A stretch of 64,000 bases of DNA from Christensenellales bacterium (GTDB taxonomy: Bacteria > Bacillota > Clostridia > Christensenellales > Aristaeellaceae), in assembly GCA_050946115.1 (NCBI GenBank), contig JBMNUF010000006.1, positions 8,600 through 72,599 of the forward strand. Reading direction: 5' to 3'. Shown here piece by piece: positions 29,077 through 37,206 of the stretch (the first letter of the stretch is position 1; each line of letters begins with the position of its first letter). The translations under genes and the position numbers were made by a program. A model generated the notes under the pieces. It worked only from the letters and a program-made list of their open reading frames with translations. It ran no database searches and was not told the origin of the DNA.

Positions 29077-30494
29077 TTCGCGAGCTCCGCAAAGCGCGCG
29101 TTGATGGCGAGCGCGGGGTCCACGGGCACCTTTGCGCGGACGGTATCCGCCGGAATGGAGATGAACGGCGTGGGGCGAATCGTCTTTCCCGCAAATTGCG
29201 GCAGGTATTCGCGCTGAGATTCCAGCATTGCAGATGCCATTTCTCGGATTTCAGGCAGGGAAAGGCGCGAAGCGGCGGTTAGCGGGTCGAGCGCGCAGGC
29301 TTGTACGAGCGCTTCCGTATTTCCCTCCGTCGCTGCGATGACCGCCATGCGCTGCACGTTGATGTTGGAAAGGTTCAGCGCGGCGCACTGCGGAGGCAGT
29401 TTTCCGACGACCGTTCTATGCAGACCCGTCGCGTCCGCAATCATGGGGCCTTCCGCGCAGCAATCAAAGGGCAGGTTTTCGATCATGCCCATGTTGCGCA
29501 CATTGCCGTTAAAGCGGAAGGATTTCGAAAGCGCGTACGCCTCGATGATATACGAGCCGTATTCGACGGAGCGCGGCGGAAGCGCCGTATCCTCATTTGC
29601 GAGCATATCGCGCCCGCGCAGTTTTTCCTGCACGTATTCCGTGAACTTCAGGTTTGCGCCGGATTTGCCGCCGAACATGGGTTCGTCGCAAAACCTGTCC
29701 AGCACGTCGCGATTCTTGCGAAAGTAGGGGAGATATTCGCTCAAATGCCCCGTGGATTCGGTCATGAAGTAGCCGAACTGCCGAAACATTTCGCCGCGCA
29801 CCTTTTCGTTGGCGTAGTATTCGGGGCGTTCAAATTTTTCTCTGAGGTCGGGGTACAGGTCGCGCCCCTTGTGGGATAGTTTCAAAAACCAGCCCATGTG
29901 GTTGATGCCCGCGCAGAGAAAATCCACCTCGCTCTTGGGTACGCCCGCGTAGCCGGATAGGAGGTCGAGCGTCGTCTGCACGCCGTGGCAGAGCCCGACG
30001 TATTGGATCGTATCCGTCGCTTCGCCGATCGCCCAGCACACCATCGCATTGGGGTTGACGTAGTTGAGGAGCAGCGCATTCGGGCAGAGGCGCTCCATAT
30101 CTCGAACGAGGTCAAGCATTACGGGGATAGCGCGCGCCGCGCGAAAGATGCCGCCGGGCGCCAGGGTATCGCCGATGCACTGGTCCACGCCGAACCGCAT
30201 GGGAATTTCATAGTCCGCGCGATACGCACCCATCCCGCCGATTTGGAACGTCGCGATGACGTAGTCCGCGCCGCGAAGCGCATCCGCGCGGTCGGTCGTG
30301 ATGTATGCCGTGGCGTTCAGCGCGTTTCTTTCCTTCACCCGTTCAAAAAAGGCGAGCACGTCCTTCGTGTGGTTCGTGGAAGGCGCCATGAGTGCAAACC
30401 GGATGTCTTCGAGCCCCTCGGCGGCCAAAATATCCAGCATGAGCGTCTTGCAAAAGACGATGCTGCCCGCGCCGATGATCGCGATTTTCCGCAT
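29073..30494 (-). CDS. Glycoside hydrolase family 4 (NAD/Mn-dependent alpha-glucosidase / alpha-galactosidase / alpha-galacturonidase type)
   Basis: 473 aa. N-terminal Rossmann KIAIIGAGS, then the GLCHG...GINH motifs of GH4. GGGAGGA RBS. Confidence 0.85.
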   Translation of the reverse strand: MRKIAIIGAGSIVFCKTLMLDILAAEGLEDIRFALMAPSTNHTKDVLAFFERVKERNALNATAYITTDRADALRGADYVIATFQIGGMGAYRADYEIPMRFGVDQCIGDTLAPGGIFRAARAIPVMLDLVRDMERLCPNALLLNYVNPNAMVCWAIGEATDTIQYVGLCHGVQTTLDLLSGYAGVPKSEVDFLCAGINHMGWFLKLSHKGRDLYPDLREKFERPEYYANEKVRGEMFRQFGYFMTESTGHLSEYLPYFRKNRDVLDRFCDEPMFGGKSGANLKFTEYVQEKLRGRDMLANEDTALPPRSVEYGSYIIEAYALSKSFRFNGNVRNMGMIENLPFDCCAEGPMIADATGLHRTVVGKLPPQCAALNLSNINVQRMAVIAATEGNTEALVQACALDPLTAASRLSLPEIREMASAMLESQREYLPQFAGKTIRPTPFISIPADTVRAKVPVDPALAINARFAELAK

Positions 30495-30531
30495 CGATAT
30501 TCCTCCCGTCGCAGCCTTGTGTTTTTATGGC

Positions 30532-30560
30532 ATTATAACAGATATGCGCCTTCCGTGCAA
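30532..30560 (-). promoter_or_regulatory. Sigma-A type promoter TTGCAC-17-TATAAT for the GH4-mnmM-dus operon
   Basis: On the minus strand: -35 at 30560-30555, -10 at 30537-30532, 17-nt spacer. About 38 nt upstream of the GH4 start. Confidence 0.65.
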
Positions 30561-30643
30561 GCAGAAAGCGAGCGCGAAGAGCAAACAATTCATTTTTGTC
30601 GCTATAAAATATGCAGTATTATGGAATTAAAAATATTGGTATG

Positions 30644-30672
30644 TTGACAAGAAATGGAGGGCATGATACAAT
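30644..30672 (+). promoter_or_regulatory. Sigma-A type promoter TTGACA-17-TACAAT, divergent from the GH4 promoter
   Basis: Hexamers at 30644-30649 and 30667-30672. It reads into the permease remnant and the PfkB kinase gene. Confidence 0.6.
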
Positions 30673-30718
30673 TTAATTGTGAAAGAATAGGAATAGGGGT
30701 AAACGCCATTAGCTTTAG

Positions 30719-31154
30719 GTTCTCCTTCCGATTCTCATTTTCTGCTATGTGCCGATGTACGGCATAGTGATCGCCTTCCAAAAATACGCCCCGGGGTCGC
30801 CCCTTTCTCTCATTTGACGGGAGCACAAAGTGGGTCGGACCGGAACACTTCATCAAGTTCTTCAACAGCAAGTACTTCGGGCGGCTTATGGGCAACACCG
30901 TAAAGCCGAGCCTGCACAACCTGATCTTCGGCTTTCCCATGCCGATTCTATTTGCGCTCCTTCTGAACGAGGTGCGCTCCGCGCGGTGGAGCAAGTTTCT
31001 CCGGACGGCTTCGTATCTGCCGTACTTCGTGTCCATAGTCGTCGTCTCGTCCACGGAGACGAACGGCTTCGTGAACAACATTCCCGTCATGCCGGGAGGG
31101 AATCGCGTGGCGCAGCGAACGGGGACGCTTTTCCCGTCCCATGCACCATCGTAA
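30719..31154 (+). pseudogene. Frameshifted, N- and C-terminally truncated LplB-type sugar ABC permease remnant
   Basis: One frame reads VLLPILIFCYVPMYGIVIAFQKYAPGSPLSLI* (stop at 30815-30817). The next frame continues FDGSTKWVGPEHFIKFFNSKYFGRLMGNTVKPSLHNLIFGFPMPILFALLLNEVRSARWSKFLRTASYLPYFVSIVVV. This is collinear with the first ~135 aa of the intact gene at 16980. Similarity fades near 31090. Confidence 0.75.
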
Positions 31155-31220
31155 ATGTGTCTTAGATTGCGAAAGCCTCGGGGCATTTCTGTTTTCACAA
31201 TAAGGGTGGAGGTGTTCTTT

Positions 31221-32138
31221 ATGGCGCCGATCGCGGTATTTGGCACGGTATTTGTGGACCTCAAGGGGTTTCCCTTCGGGAAATACCTGCCGACGGGGCG
31301 GAACGTCGGGTCTGTGCTCACGATGCATGGCGGCGTCAGCCGCAACATCGCGGAAAACTTCGCGAACATCGGGGCGGATGTCCTGTTTGTGACGATGCTT
31401 GAGGACAGCGCGCTCGGGCAGAGCGTGAGGGTGCGGCTCATGGAGCGCGGCGTCGGGCTTAAGTACTCCGTGAATGCCGAAAACGGCATGGGGCTGTATA
31501 TGGCGATCTTCGACGAGACGGGCGCGCTCGCGGCGTCGATTTCCAAGCAGCCGGATTTCCGCGCGCTCGAAAACCTGATCGATAGGGAAGGCGATGCGAT
31601 CATGGAGGCTTGCGGAAACGTCGTGCTCGAGATAGACCTCATTGAATCGATCGCCGAAAAGGTGTTTCGCCTCGCGAAATCGCACAAAAAAGAAGTCTAC
31701 GCTGTCGTGGGGAACATGAACGTGATTTTGCGCCGTCCCGACTTCCTGCGCGATACGAGCCTGTTTATCCTAAACGAAATCGAGGCGGGTTCGCTCCTGT
31801 TCCGCACGCTCGATCCGCAAAAGCCGGAGGAGGTGCTCGCCATCCTCAAACAGGAGACGGCAAAGCGCGGCATCCGCCGCATGATCATCACCCTCGGCGA
31901 ATACGGCTCGGTATGCTATGATTCGGTCTCGGGGGAGAGCGGCATCATCCGCGCCGTGCCGACGAAGGCGGTCGACACCACGGGCGCGGGCGATGCGTTT
32001 TTCACGGCGGCTGTCGCGGCGTGGGAGAAGGGCGCGACGCTTTGCCGCGCAGCGGAATTGGGGAGTATCCTCGCCTCGCGCACGATCCAAACAAAAGAAA
32101 ACGTATGCCCCGCGGATCGCGAATTCCTCATTCTTTGA
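31221..32138 (+). CDS. PfkB-family carbohydrate/nucleoside kinase (ribokinase fold; pseudouridine-kinase-like N-terminal motif)
   Basis: 305 aa starting at MAPIAVFGTVFVDLKG, after a GGTGGAGG RBS. HGGVSRNIAENFANIG and DTTGAGDAF motifs. Confidence 0.8.
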   Translation: MAPIAVFGTVFVDLKGFPFGKYLPTGRNVGSVLTMHGGVSRNIAENFANIGADVLFVTMLEDSALGQSVRVRLMERGVGLKYSVNAENGMGLYMAIFDETGALAASISKQPDFRALENLIDREGDAIMEACGNVVLEIDLIESIAEKVFRLAKSHKKEVYAVVGNMNVILRRPDFLRDTSLFILNEIEAGSLLFRTLDPQKPEEVLAILKQETAKRGIRRMIITLGEYGSVCYDSVSGESGIIRAVPTKAVDTTGAGDAFFTAAVAAWEKGATLCRAAELGSILASRTIQTKENVCPADREFLIL

Positions 32139-32931
32139 CGAAATAGTACCGCGCGATCCATTTCGAGAGCCCGTCGAGCCCGGGATAGATGATGCGCTCG
32201 TTCATGTTGAACTGGTCGAGCAAATCGCGGATGTCCCAGCGGATATCGCGCGAAATGGTGTACTTGCGCGTGCGCACCGTGTTTTGGGCGAGGTACGCCT
32301 CGATGTCCTCTATGCCGCGCGGCATGACGGAGAAGAAGGAATACTGGTTGATGATGCGCTGGTCCGTGGAGGGCGGCTCCAGGATCACCATCGAATGGTC
32401 TGACATATCGCGGTCGTATTGCTCGAGTGTATCCACTACGGACGCGAGTTTGTTCACGTCGAAAATAAATGTGTCGTCCTCATCCAAGGCTTTTCTATAG
32501 CGGTCGGGCAGACAGCGCTTGATATCCTGCCCATCGATCCGCCAGATGAGGCAGTCGCGGTTATCCAAATGGTCGAGCGTGCGCACGTCGTTTGCGAAGT
32601 GCAGCGCAATCAGCGGCGAGGGCGTCCAATCCAAGAGCCGCGTCGGAAGCCCGTAGTGCTGTCCCGTGATCATCTGCTTCCAGACGGACCGTTCGAGCGT
32701 CGGGTTGTCTATCCCGGCGTATTTGGCGAAATTTCGCAATATGGCAGGCTCCAACTGCCATTGCTTGCCCTTGCAGTTGCGCGAAAGGCTCGTGCTCAGG
32801 CGGAAATTCGCGTCGATCATGCCGCGATACAGAAAGCTCGAGCGGTAGCGTTGGTTGTCTTGGTTGCGCTCCTGCTCCATCAAAAGCTGCATGACGTCTT
32901 CAAGCGTTTCAATGCGAATCTCTTCGATCAT
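32128..32931 (-). CDS. FRG-domain protein (uncharacterised family)
   Basis: Start set at MIEEIRIETLEDV because the promoter -35 overlaps the longer ORF start. FLYRG motif and GQHYGLPTRLLDWTPSP motif. The 3' end overlaps the convergent PfkB gene by 11 nt. Confidence 0.75.
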   Translation of the reverse strand: MIEEIRIETLEDVMQLLMEQERNQDNQRYRSSFLYRGMIDANFRLSTSLSRNCKGKQWQLEPAILRNFAKYAGIDNPTLERSVWKQMITGQHYGLPTRLLDWTPSPLIALHFANDVRTLDHLDNRDCLIWRIDGQDIKRCLPDRYRKALDEDDTFIFDVNKLASVVDTLEQYDRDMSDHSMVILEPPSTDQRIINQYSFFSVMPRGIEDIEAYLAQNTVRTRKYTISRDIRWDIRDLLDQFNMNERIIYPGLDGLSKWIARYYFVKE

Positions 32932-32953
32932 AATTTCACCGTCCTTTGGATAT

Positions 32954-32982
32954 AGTATACACGCTTTGAAGGGATATGACAA
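32954..32982 (-). promoter_or_regulatory. Sigma-A type promoter TTGTCA-17-TATACT for the FRG gene
   Basis: On the minus strand: -35 at 32982-32977, -10 at 32959-32954, exact 17-nt spacer. Confidence 0.6.
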
Positions 32983-32985
32983 GTC

Positions 32986-33014
32986 TTTTCAATCGGTGAT
33001 TTTTGTGATATACT
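32986..33014 (+). promoter_or_regulatory. Candidate extended -10 promoter (TTTTCA-17-TGaTATACT) for udp
   Basis: -10 TATACT at 33009-33014 with TG at 33006-33007. The -35 is weak. Confidence 0.4.
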
Positions 33015-33040
33015 GTATGTACATCAAATAGCGGAGGGGT

Positions 33041-33811
33041 ATGGCGATGAACGAGACAAAAATGTACCATATCGATATGAAAAAGGGCGACGTCGGTCGG
33101 TATGTCATCCTGCCCGGAGATCCCGGGCGCGTAGAGAAGATCGCTGCGCGGTTTGACAACCCGAAGGAGATCGCCTACAACAGGGAGTACAAGACCATGA
33201 CGGGGACGCTCATGGGCGTTCCGGTGTCCGTCACATCTACGGGCATCGGCGGCCCGTCCGCTGCGATCGCGGTGGAGGAATTGCATATGCTCGGGGCGGA
33301 TACGTTCATCCGCGTGGGCACCTGTGGCGGCATGGCGGAGGAAGTGCGCGCGGGCGACGTGGTCATCGCCTCCGGCGCGATCCGCGCGGAAGGCACTTCG
33401 CGCGAATATCTGCCCATCGAATTTCCCGCCGTCGCCGACTACCGCGCGCTGACGGCGCTCGTGGATGCGGCGGAACAGATGGGATGCAGGCACCACGTGG
33501 GCGTCGTGCAGTGCAAGGACAGCTTTTACGGCCAGCATGCGCCGCAGCGCATGCCCGTGCGTCAAATGCTCGAAAGTAACTGGCAGGCATGGCTTGCGGG
33601 CGGCTGCCTCGCGAGCGAAATGGAGAGCGCAGCGCTGTTTGTCGTCGCTTCGACGCTGCACTGCCGCGCCTGTGCCGCGTTTTTGTGCCTGCACAACCAG
33701 GAGCGCCTCGCAAAGGGCATTACGGATCCTGCGGTCGAGGACAAGGAAAAGGCGATCGATGTTGCGATAAACGCCGTAAAGCTCTTAATCGAGCGCGACA
33801 GGAAAAGTTGA
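33041..33811 (+). CDS. udp: Uridine phosphorylase
   Basis: Strong resemblance to E. coli Udp ([45 protein letters not shown]). The alternative start ATG 33047 has better RBS spacing. Confidence 0.88.
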   Translation: MAMNETKMYHIDMKKGDVGRYVILPGDPGRVEKIAARFDNPKEIAYNREYKTMTGTLMGVPVSVTSTGIGGPSAAIAVEELHMLGADTFIRVGTCGGMAEEVRAGDVVIASGAIRAEGTSREYLPIEFPAVADYRALTALVDAAEQMGCRHHVGVVQCKDSFYGQHAPQRMPVRQMLESNWQAWLAGGCLASEMESAALFVVASTLHCRACAAFLCLHNQERLAKGITDPAVEDKEKAIDVAINAVKLLIERDRKS

Positions 33812-33827
33812 ACCGATATTCTACGTG

Positions 33828-33863
33828 AAAACGGACAGCGGGCGCAAGGCTGCTGTCCGTTTT
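33828..33863. terminator. Bidirectional intrinsic terminator
   Basis: aaaacggacagc / gctgtccgtttt forms a 12-bp stem with a 12-nt loop, flanked by A-run and T-run. It lies between convergent genes. Confidence 0.75.
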
Positions 33864-33874
33864 GCAAAGGAGCG

Positions 33875-34984
33875 TTATTCGTTCAAAACGCCTGCGAGCT
33901 CCGCGGGAACCATCGCGAGCGCGCGGCGGTATTTCGTGGAAAGCTCGACCCAGCATTCGCTCCGAGCGCTACGGATAAAGCCCGTCATCGCATCCAACAC
34001 GTGGAAGGTCTGCGCGCAGTCGCACCGCGCATCGCGCCCCGTCCGGATGGCGACGGCGAAATCGTCCAATCCCAGCCCGCGGCTGTTTTCGCGGTAGGAA
34101 TACATCAGGGGAATCTCGCGAACCTCCCCGTCTTCGGGGCGGAACAGCTTCACGGGGCCGCCAAAGGTATTGGGGTCGGGTACGAAGAGTGTGCCCCTGC
34201 TGCCGTAGATTTCGAGGCGCGCGCCGTAGGGATAGTATACGTCAAACGTCGTAAAGAGCGTGCCGATCGCGCCGCTTTCAAACTGCATTGTGCCCGCGAC
34301 ATATGTATCGACGTTCACATGAATCGGCGTACCCGCGAAGGGCTTGCTCGTAATCAGTCGCCTGTCGAAGGATTTCCGCGCCGCGCCCACGACGCGGGAA
34401 ATGCCGCCGCAGAGGTTGATCAGCGCGGTGAGATAGTACGGCCCCATGTCGAGCATGGGCCCGCCGCCGTGCTGGTAGAAGAAATCGGGGTCCTCGTGCC
34501 ACGATTCGGGGCCGTGGCCGATCATAAAGCCCGCAGCGCCTATCACGTCGCCGATGTATCCGTCGTCGATGAGTCGCCTGCACGTCTGAATGCCCGCGCC
34601 GAGAAAAGTATCCGGCGCGCCGCCCAAAAGGAGCTTTTTCGACCTCGCCAGTTCGACGAGCGCCTTTCCCTCCTCGAGCGTCGCGGCGAGCGGCTTTTCC
34701 GAATAGACGTGCTTTCCCGCCTCCAGCGCCGCCTTGGACACGGCGTAGTGCTCATACGGGCGGGTGATATTCAAAACGAGTTCGACCTCGGGGTCGGCAA
34801 AGGCATCGTGCATCGTCTCGTATATCTTCGGTACGCCATATGCCGCCTGCGCCTTTTCGGCGCGCTCCCGCACGAGGTCGCACACGCCGATGAGGCGCAC
34901 ATCCCGAAAAACCTTTGTCAGGTTCTGCAAATAAATCCCGCTGATGTTCCCGACGCCGATCATTGCGACATTCACAGGCTTCAT
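33875..34984 (-). CDS. Gfo/Idh/MocA-family NAD(P)-dependent oxidoreductase
   Basis: Start moved to MKPVNVAMIGVGNISG, after a GGAGGG RBS. N-terminal Rossmann fold and the EKPLA motif. Confidence 0.85.
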   Translation of the reverse strand: MKPVNVAMIGVGNISGIYLQNLTKVFRDVRLIGVCDLVRERAEKAQAAYGVPKIYETMHDAFADPEVELVLNITRPYEHYAVSKAALEAGKHVYSEKPLAATLEEGKALVELARSKKLLLGGAPDTFLGAGIQTCRRLIDDGYIGDVIGAAGFMIGHGPESWHEDPDFFYQHGGGPMLDMGPYYLTALINLCGGISRVVGAARKSFDRRLITSKPFAGTPIHVNVDTYVAGTMQFESGAIGTLFTTFDVYYPYGARLEIYGSRGTLFVPDPNTFGGPVKLFRPEDGEVREIPLMYSYRENSRGLGLDDFAVAIRTGRDARCDCAQTFHVLDAMTGFIRSARSECWVELSTKYRRALAMVPAELAGVLNE

Positions 34985-35024
34985 AAAAGGTTCCCTCCAT
35001 TCAGAGATTGTGTTCCCTGTGTGC

Positions 35025-35053
35025 ATTATAGCACATCCAAGTGCGTTTGAACA
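35025..35053 (-). promoter_or_regulatory. Candidate extended -10 promoter (TGTTCA-17-TGcTATAAT) for the oxidoreductase gene
   Basis: On the minus strand: TATAAT at 35030-35025, preceded by TGc. The -35 is weak. Confidence 0.45.
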
Positions 35054-35092
35054 GGGCAGAGACAAAAAAGGCGCTTTCCTTTGCACGGGGGC

Positions 35093-35121
35093 TTGAAAAC
35101 GCGCGCGAACTATGGTATCAT
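35093..35121 (+). promoter_or_regulatory. Sigma-A type promoter TTGAAA-17-TATCAT for nagB
   Basis: Hexamers at 35093-35098 and 35116-35121 with a 17-nt spacer. Confidence 0.55.
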
Positions 35122-35180
35122 ACAGATGAACGCTGCCGAAGAAGGCGCGATGACTATCATAATGAATCGAGGGAGAAACT

Positions 35181-35969
35181 ATGCATGTAATCATCCAGAA
35201 GGATTATGAACGGGTGTGCGACTGGGCGGCAAACCACATCATCTCTGCGATCAATGCCCATACAGGCGATAAACCGTTTGTGTTGGGTCTGCCCACGGGC
35301 TCTTCTCCGATCGGCGTGTATAAGCGGCTGGTCAAGGCGAACAAGGAGGGCAAGGTCTCCTTTAAGAACGTCGTCACCTTCAACATGGACGAATACGTCG
35401 GCCTTCCGCGCGAACATCCCGAAAGTTATTGGTATTTCATGCACGACAAACTGTTCAACCACGTCGACATCCCCGCGGAGAACGTGAACATCTTGGACGG
35501 CATGGCGGAAGACCTCGAAGCCGAGTGCGCGCGCTTCGAAGAAAAGATCGCCTCCTACGGCGGGATCGACCTGTTCTTGGGCGGCAGCGGCGTGGACGGG
35601 CACATCGCCTTCAACGAGCCGTACACCTCCCTTTGCTCCCGCACGGGCATCCGCACCCTTACGGAGGACACCAGGATCGTAAACAGCAGGTTTTTTGACA
35701 ACGACCCCGCGAAGGTGCCTGCCACGGCGCTGTCCGTCGGCGTCGGCACGGTGACGGACGCCCGCGAAGTGCTGCTTTTGATAAGCGGACACAGCAAGGC
35801 GCGCGCGCTCAAGTACTGCGTCGAGGGCAGCGTTTCGCAGAAGTGGACGATCAGCGCGCTGCAAATGCACAACAACGCCTATATCGCCTGCGACGATGCC
35901 GCCTGCGGCGAATTGATGCTGAACACCTACAGGTATTTCCTGGACGTGTACGGTGCGGAGAGGCTGTAA
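35181..35969 (+). CDS. nagB: Glucosamine-6-phosphate deaminase
   Basis: 262 aa. [18 protein letters not shown] and [21 protein letters not shown] motifs. Confidence 0.9.
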   Translation: MHVIIQKDYERVCDWAANHIISAINAHTGDKPFVLGLPTGSSPIGVYKRLVKANKEGKVSFKNVVTFNMDEYVGLPREHPESYWYFMHDKLFNHVDIPAENVNILDGMAEDLEAECARFEEKIASYGGIDLFLGGSGVDGHIAFNEPYTSLCSRTGIRTLTEDTRIVNSRFFDNDPAKVPATALSVGVGTVTDAREVLLLISGHSKARALKYCVEGSVSQKWTISALQMHNNAYIACDDAACGELMLNTYRYFLDVYGAERL

Positions 35970-36023
35970 GATATTTACGCAAGAAATCGGGAGGGCGATG
36001 TCCCTTCCGATTTTTCTTTGGGT

Positions 36024-37022
36024 TTAGAGACGCGCTTCCGTTTCGATCTCCCAAAACGCGATCTTCTGCCGTTTCCAGGTATAGCTGACAAAGAGCGTTT
36101 TGCCCTTCGAGAGGATTGCGGGATAGGAGTATTCGCCCTCGTTTGTCTCCAAATACAAAAGCGGTCGGAAGGTCTCGCCGCCGTCTGCGGAGAAGGAAAG
36201 GAGCAAGGGCGTCCTTGCCGCCCAATTGCCGGAGACGGGGTTACTCACCAAAAAGATGCAGCCGTCTTCCGCTTGCGCGAGATCGATGCCGCTGTTGTTG
36301 TTGGGGATGCCCGTAGAATAGGCGAAGCACCACGTTTCGCCGTCGTCGACGGAGTCGCTGCGGAGGATATAGCCCTCCGTCGAGCGCAGCAGCATATGGA
36401 CGGCGCCGTCAACTGATTGCCATAGAGTGGGCTGAATGACCCCTTTGCCGACGGTCTCAAAGGGCGGTTTCTTGCAGCCCCGCGGCAGTGGCTCTCCCTT
36501 GCGCCAAAGCGGAACGAAGGGGGAGGGGCGAAATGTCTCACAGTCGTCGTCCGAGATATCGACAAAGGCGTTCCATTGCTCCGCCGTTTCGACAGATGCG
36601 GGCGCGAGCATCCTTCCGCTTTGGAGGCGCAGCGGCTTGTTGCGCACGGGGCCCCTGCCGCCGACATCGCCCTGTACGAGCTCCGTTGGCTGGGTCCACG
36701 CCCAGCCGCCGTCCGTCGAGCGCATCCTGCGCGTATGCCAGCGGGGGATGGGCGTTCCGACCTTGTAAAACAGGTCGATGGTATCCCCGCGCGCGTAGAA
36801 GACCGGGTTCCAATGCGGCAAATCGGCCTCGCCCGCGATCAAATGCGGTGCATCCCAAATACCTTTATGCCGCCTTGCGGTATAGATATCGACATCGGGC
36901 GCGCCCTCCTGCGTTCCGCCGAACCACGCGAGGAGGATGTCGTCTCTGCATAGAGCGATGGTCGATGCGTGTCCGCTCGCGGTCGGGATGTCGATTAAGG
37001 TCTTTTTCGCGCTTTGAATCAC
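36024..37022 (-). CDS. Sialidase-fold BNR/Asp-box protein (predicted neuraminidase-like), no signal peptide
   Basis: Asp-boxes STDGGWAWT, SVDDGETW and SADGGETF. Start revised to GTG 37022, 8 nt after AAGGGGGG, because the promoter -10 lies only 13 nt from the longer TTG start at 37052. Confidence 0.75.
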   Translation of the reverse strand: MIQSAKKTLIDIPTASGHASTIALCRDDILLAWFGGTQEGAPDVDIYTARRHKGIWDAPHLIAGEADLPHWNPVFYARGDTIDLFYKVGTPIPRWHTRRMRSTDGGWAWTQPTELVQGDVGGRGPVRNKPLRLQSGRMLAPASVETAEQWNAFVDISDDDCETFRPSPFVPLWRKGEPLPRGCKKPPFETVGKGVIQPTLWQSVDGAVHMLLRSTEGYILRSDSVDDGETWCFAYSTGIPNNNSGIDLAQAEDGCIFLVSNPVSGNWAARTPLLLSFSADGGETFRPLLYLETNEGEYSYPAILSKGKTLFVSYTWKRQKIAFWEIETEARL

Positions 37023-37064
37023 GGAACAATCCCCCCTTATAGTCGGAATCAAGACGGTATCGCC

Positions 37065-37093
37065 ATCATATCCCTTTCGCTCGTACCTGTCAA
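37065..37093 (-). promoter_or_regulatory. Sigma-A type promoter TTGACA-17-TATGAT for the sialidase-fold gene
   Basis: On the minus strand: -35 at 37093-37088, -10 at 37070-37065, 17-nt spacer. Confidence 0.6.
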
Positions 37094-37142
37094 GAGAATT
37101 GGCGATATTCTTTCCCAGCGCGCAAAAAGTGTGGATTTTCGC

Positions 37143-37171
37143 TTGACATAATGTTACTTATTGTTTATACT
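37143..37171 (+). promoter_or_regulatory. Sigma-A type promoter TTGACA-17-TATACT for the CUT1-like sugar ABC operon
   Basis: Hexamers at 37143-37148 and 37166-37171 with a 17-nt spacer. Confidence 0.65.
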
Positions 37172-37206
37172 ATTCAATAGATAACGAACAATGAGGAGGA
37201 ATTGTT

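Noticed and set aside
30602-31687. 361-aa minus-strand ORF spanning the GH4/PfkB intergenic region.
   Set aside because: The translation is Ser/Thr/Pro-rich with no motifs. It runs antisense to the permease remnant and the 5' part of the PfkB kinase gene, both of which have recognisable plus-strand homology.
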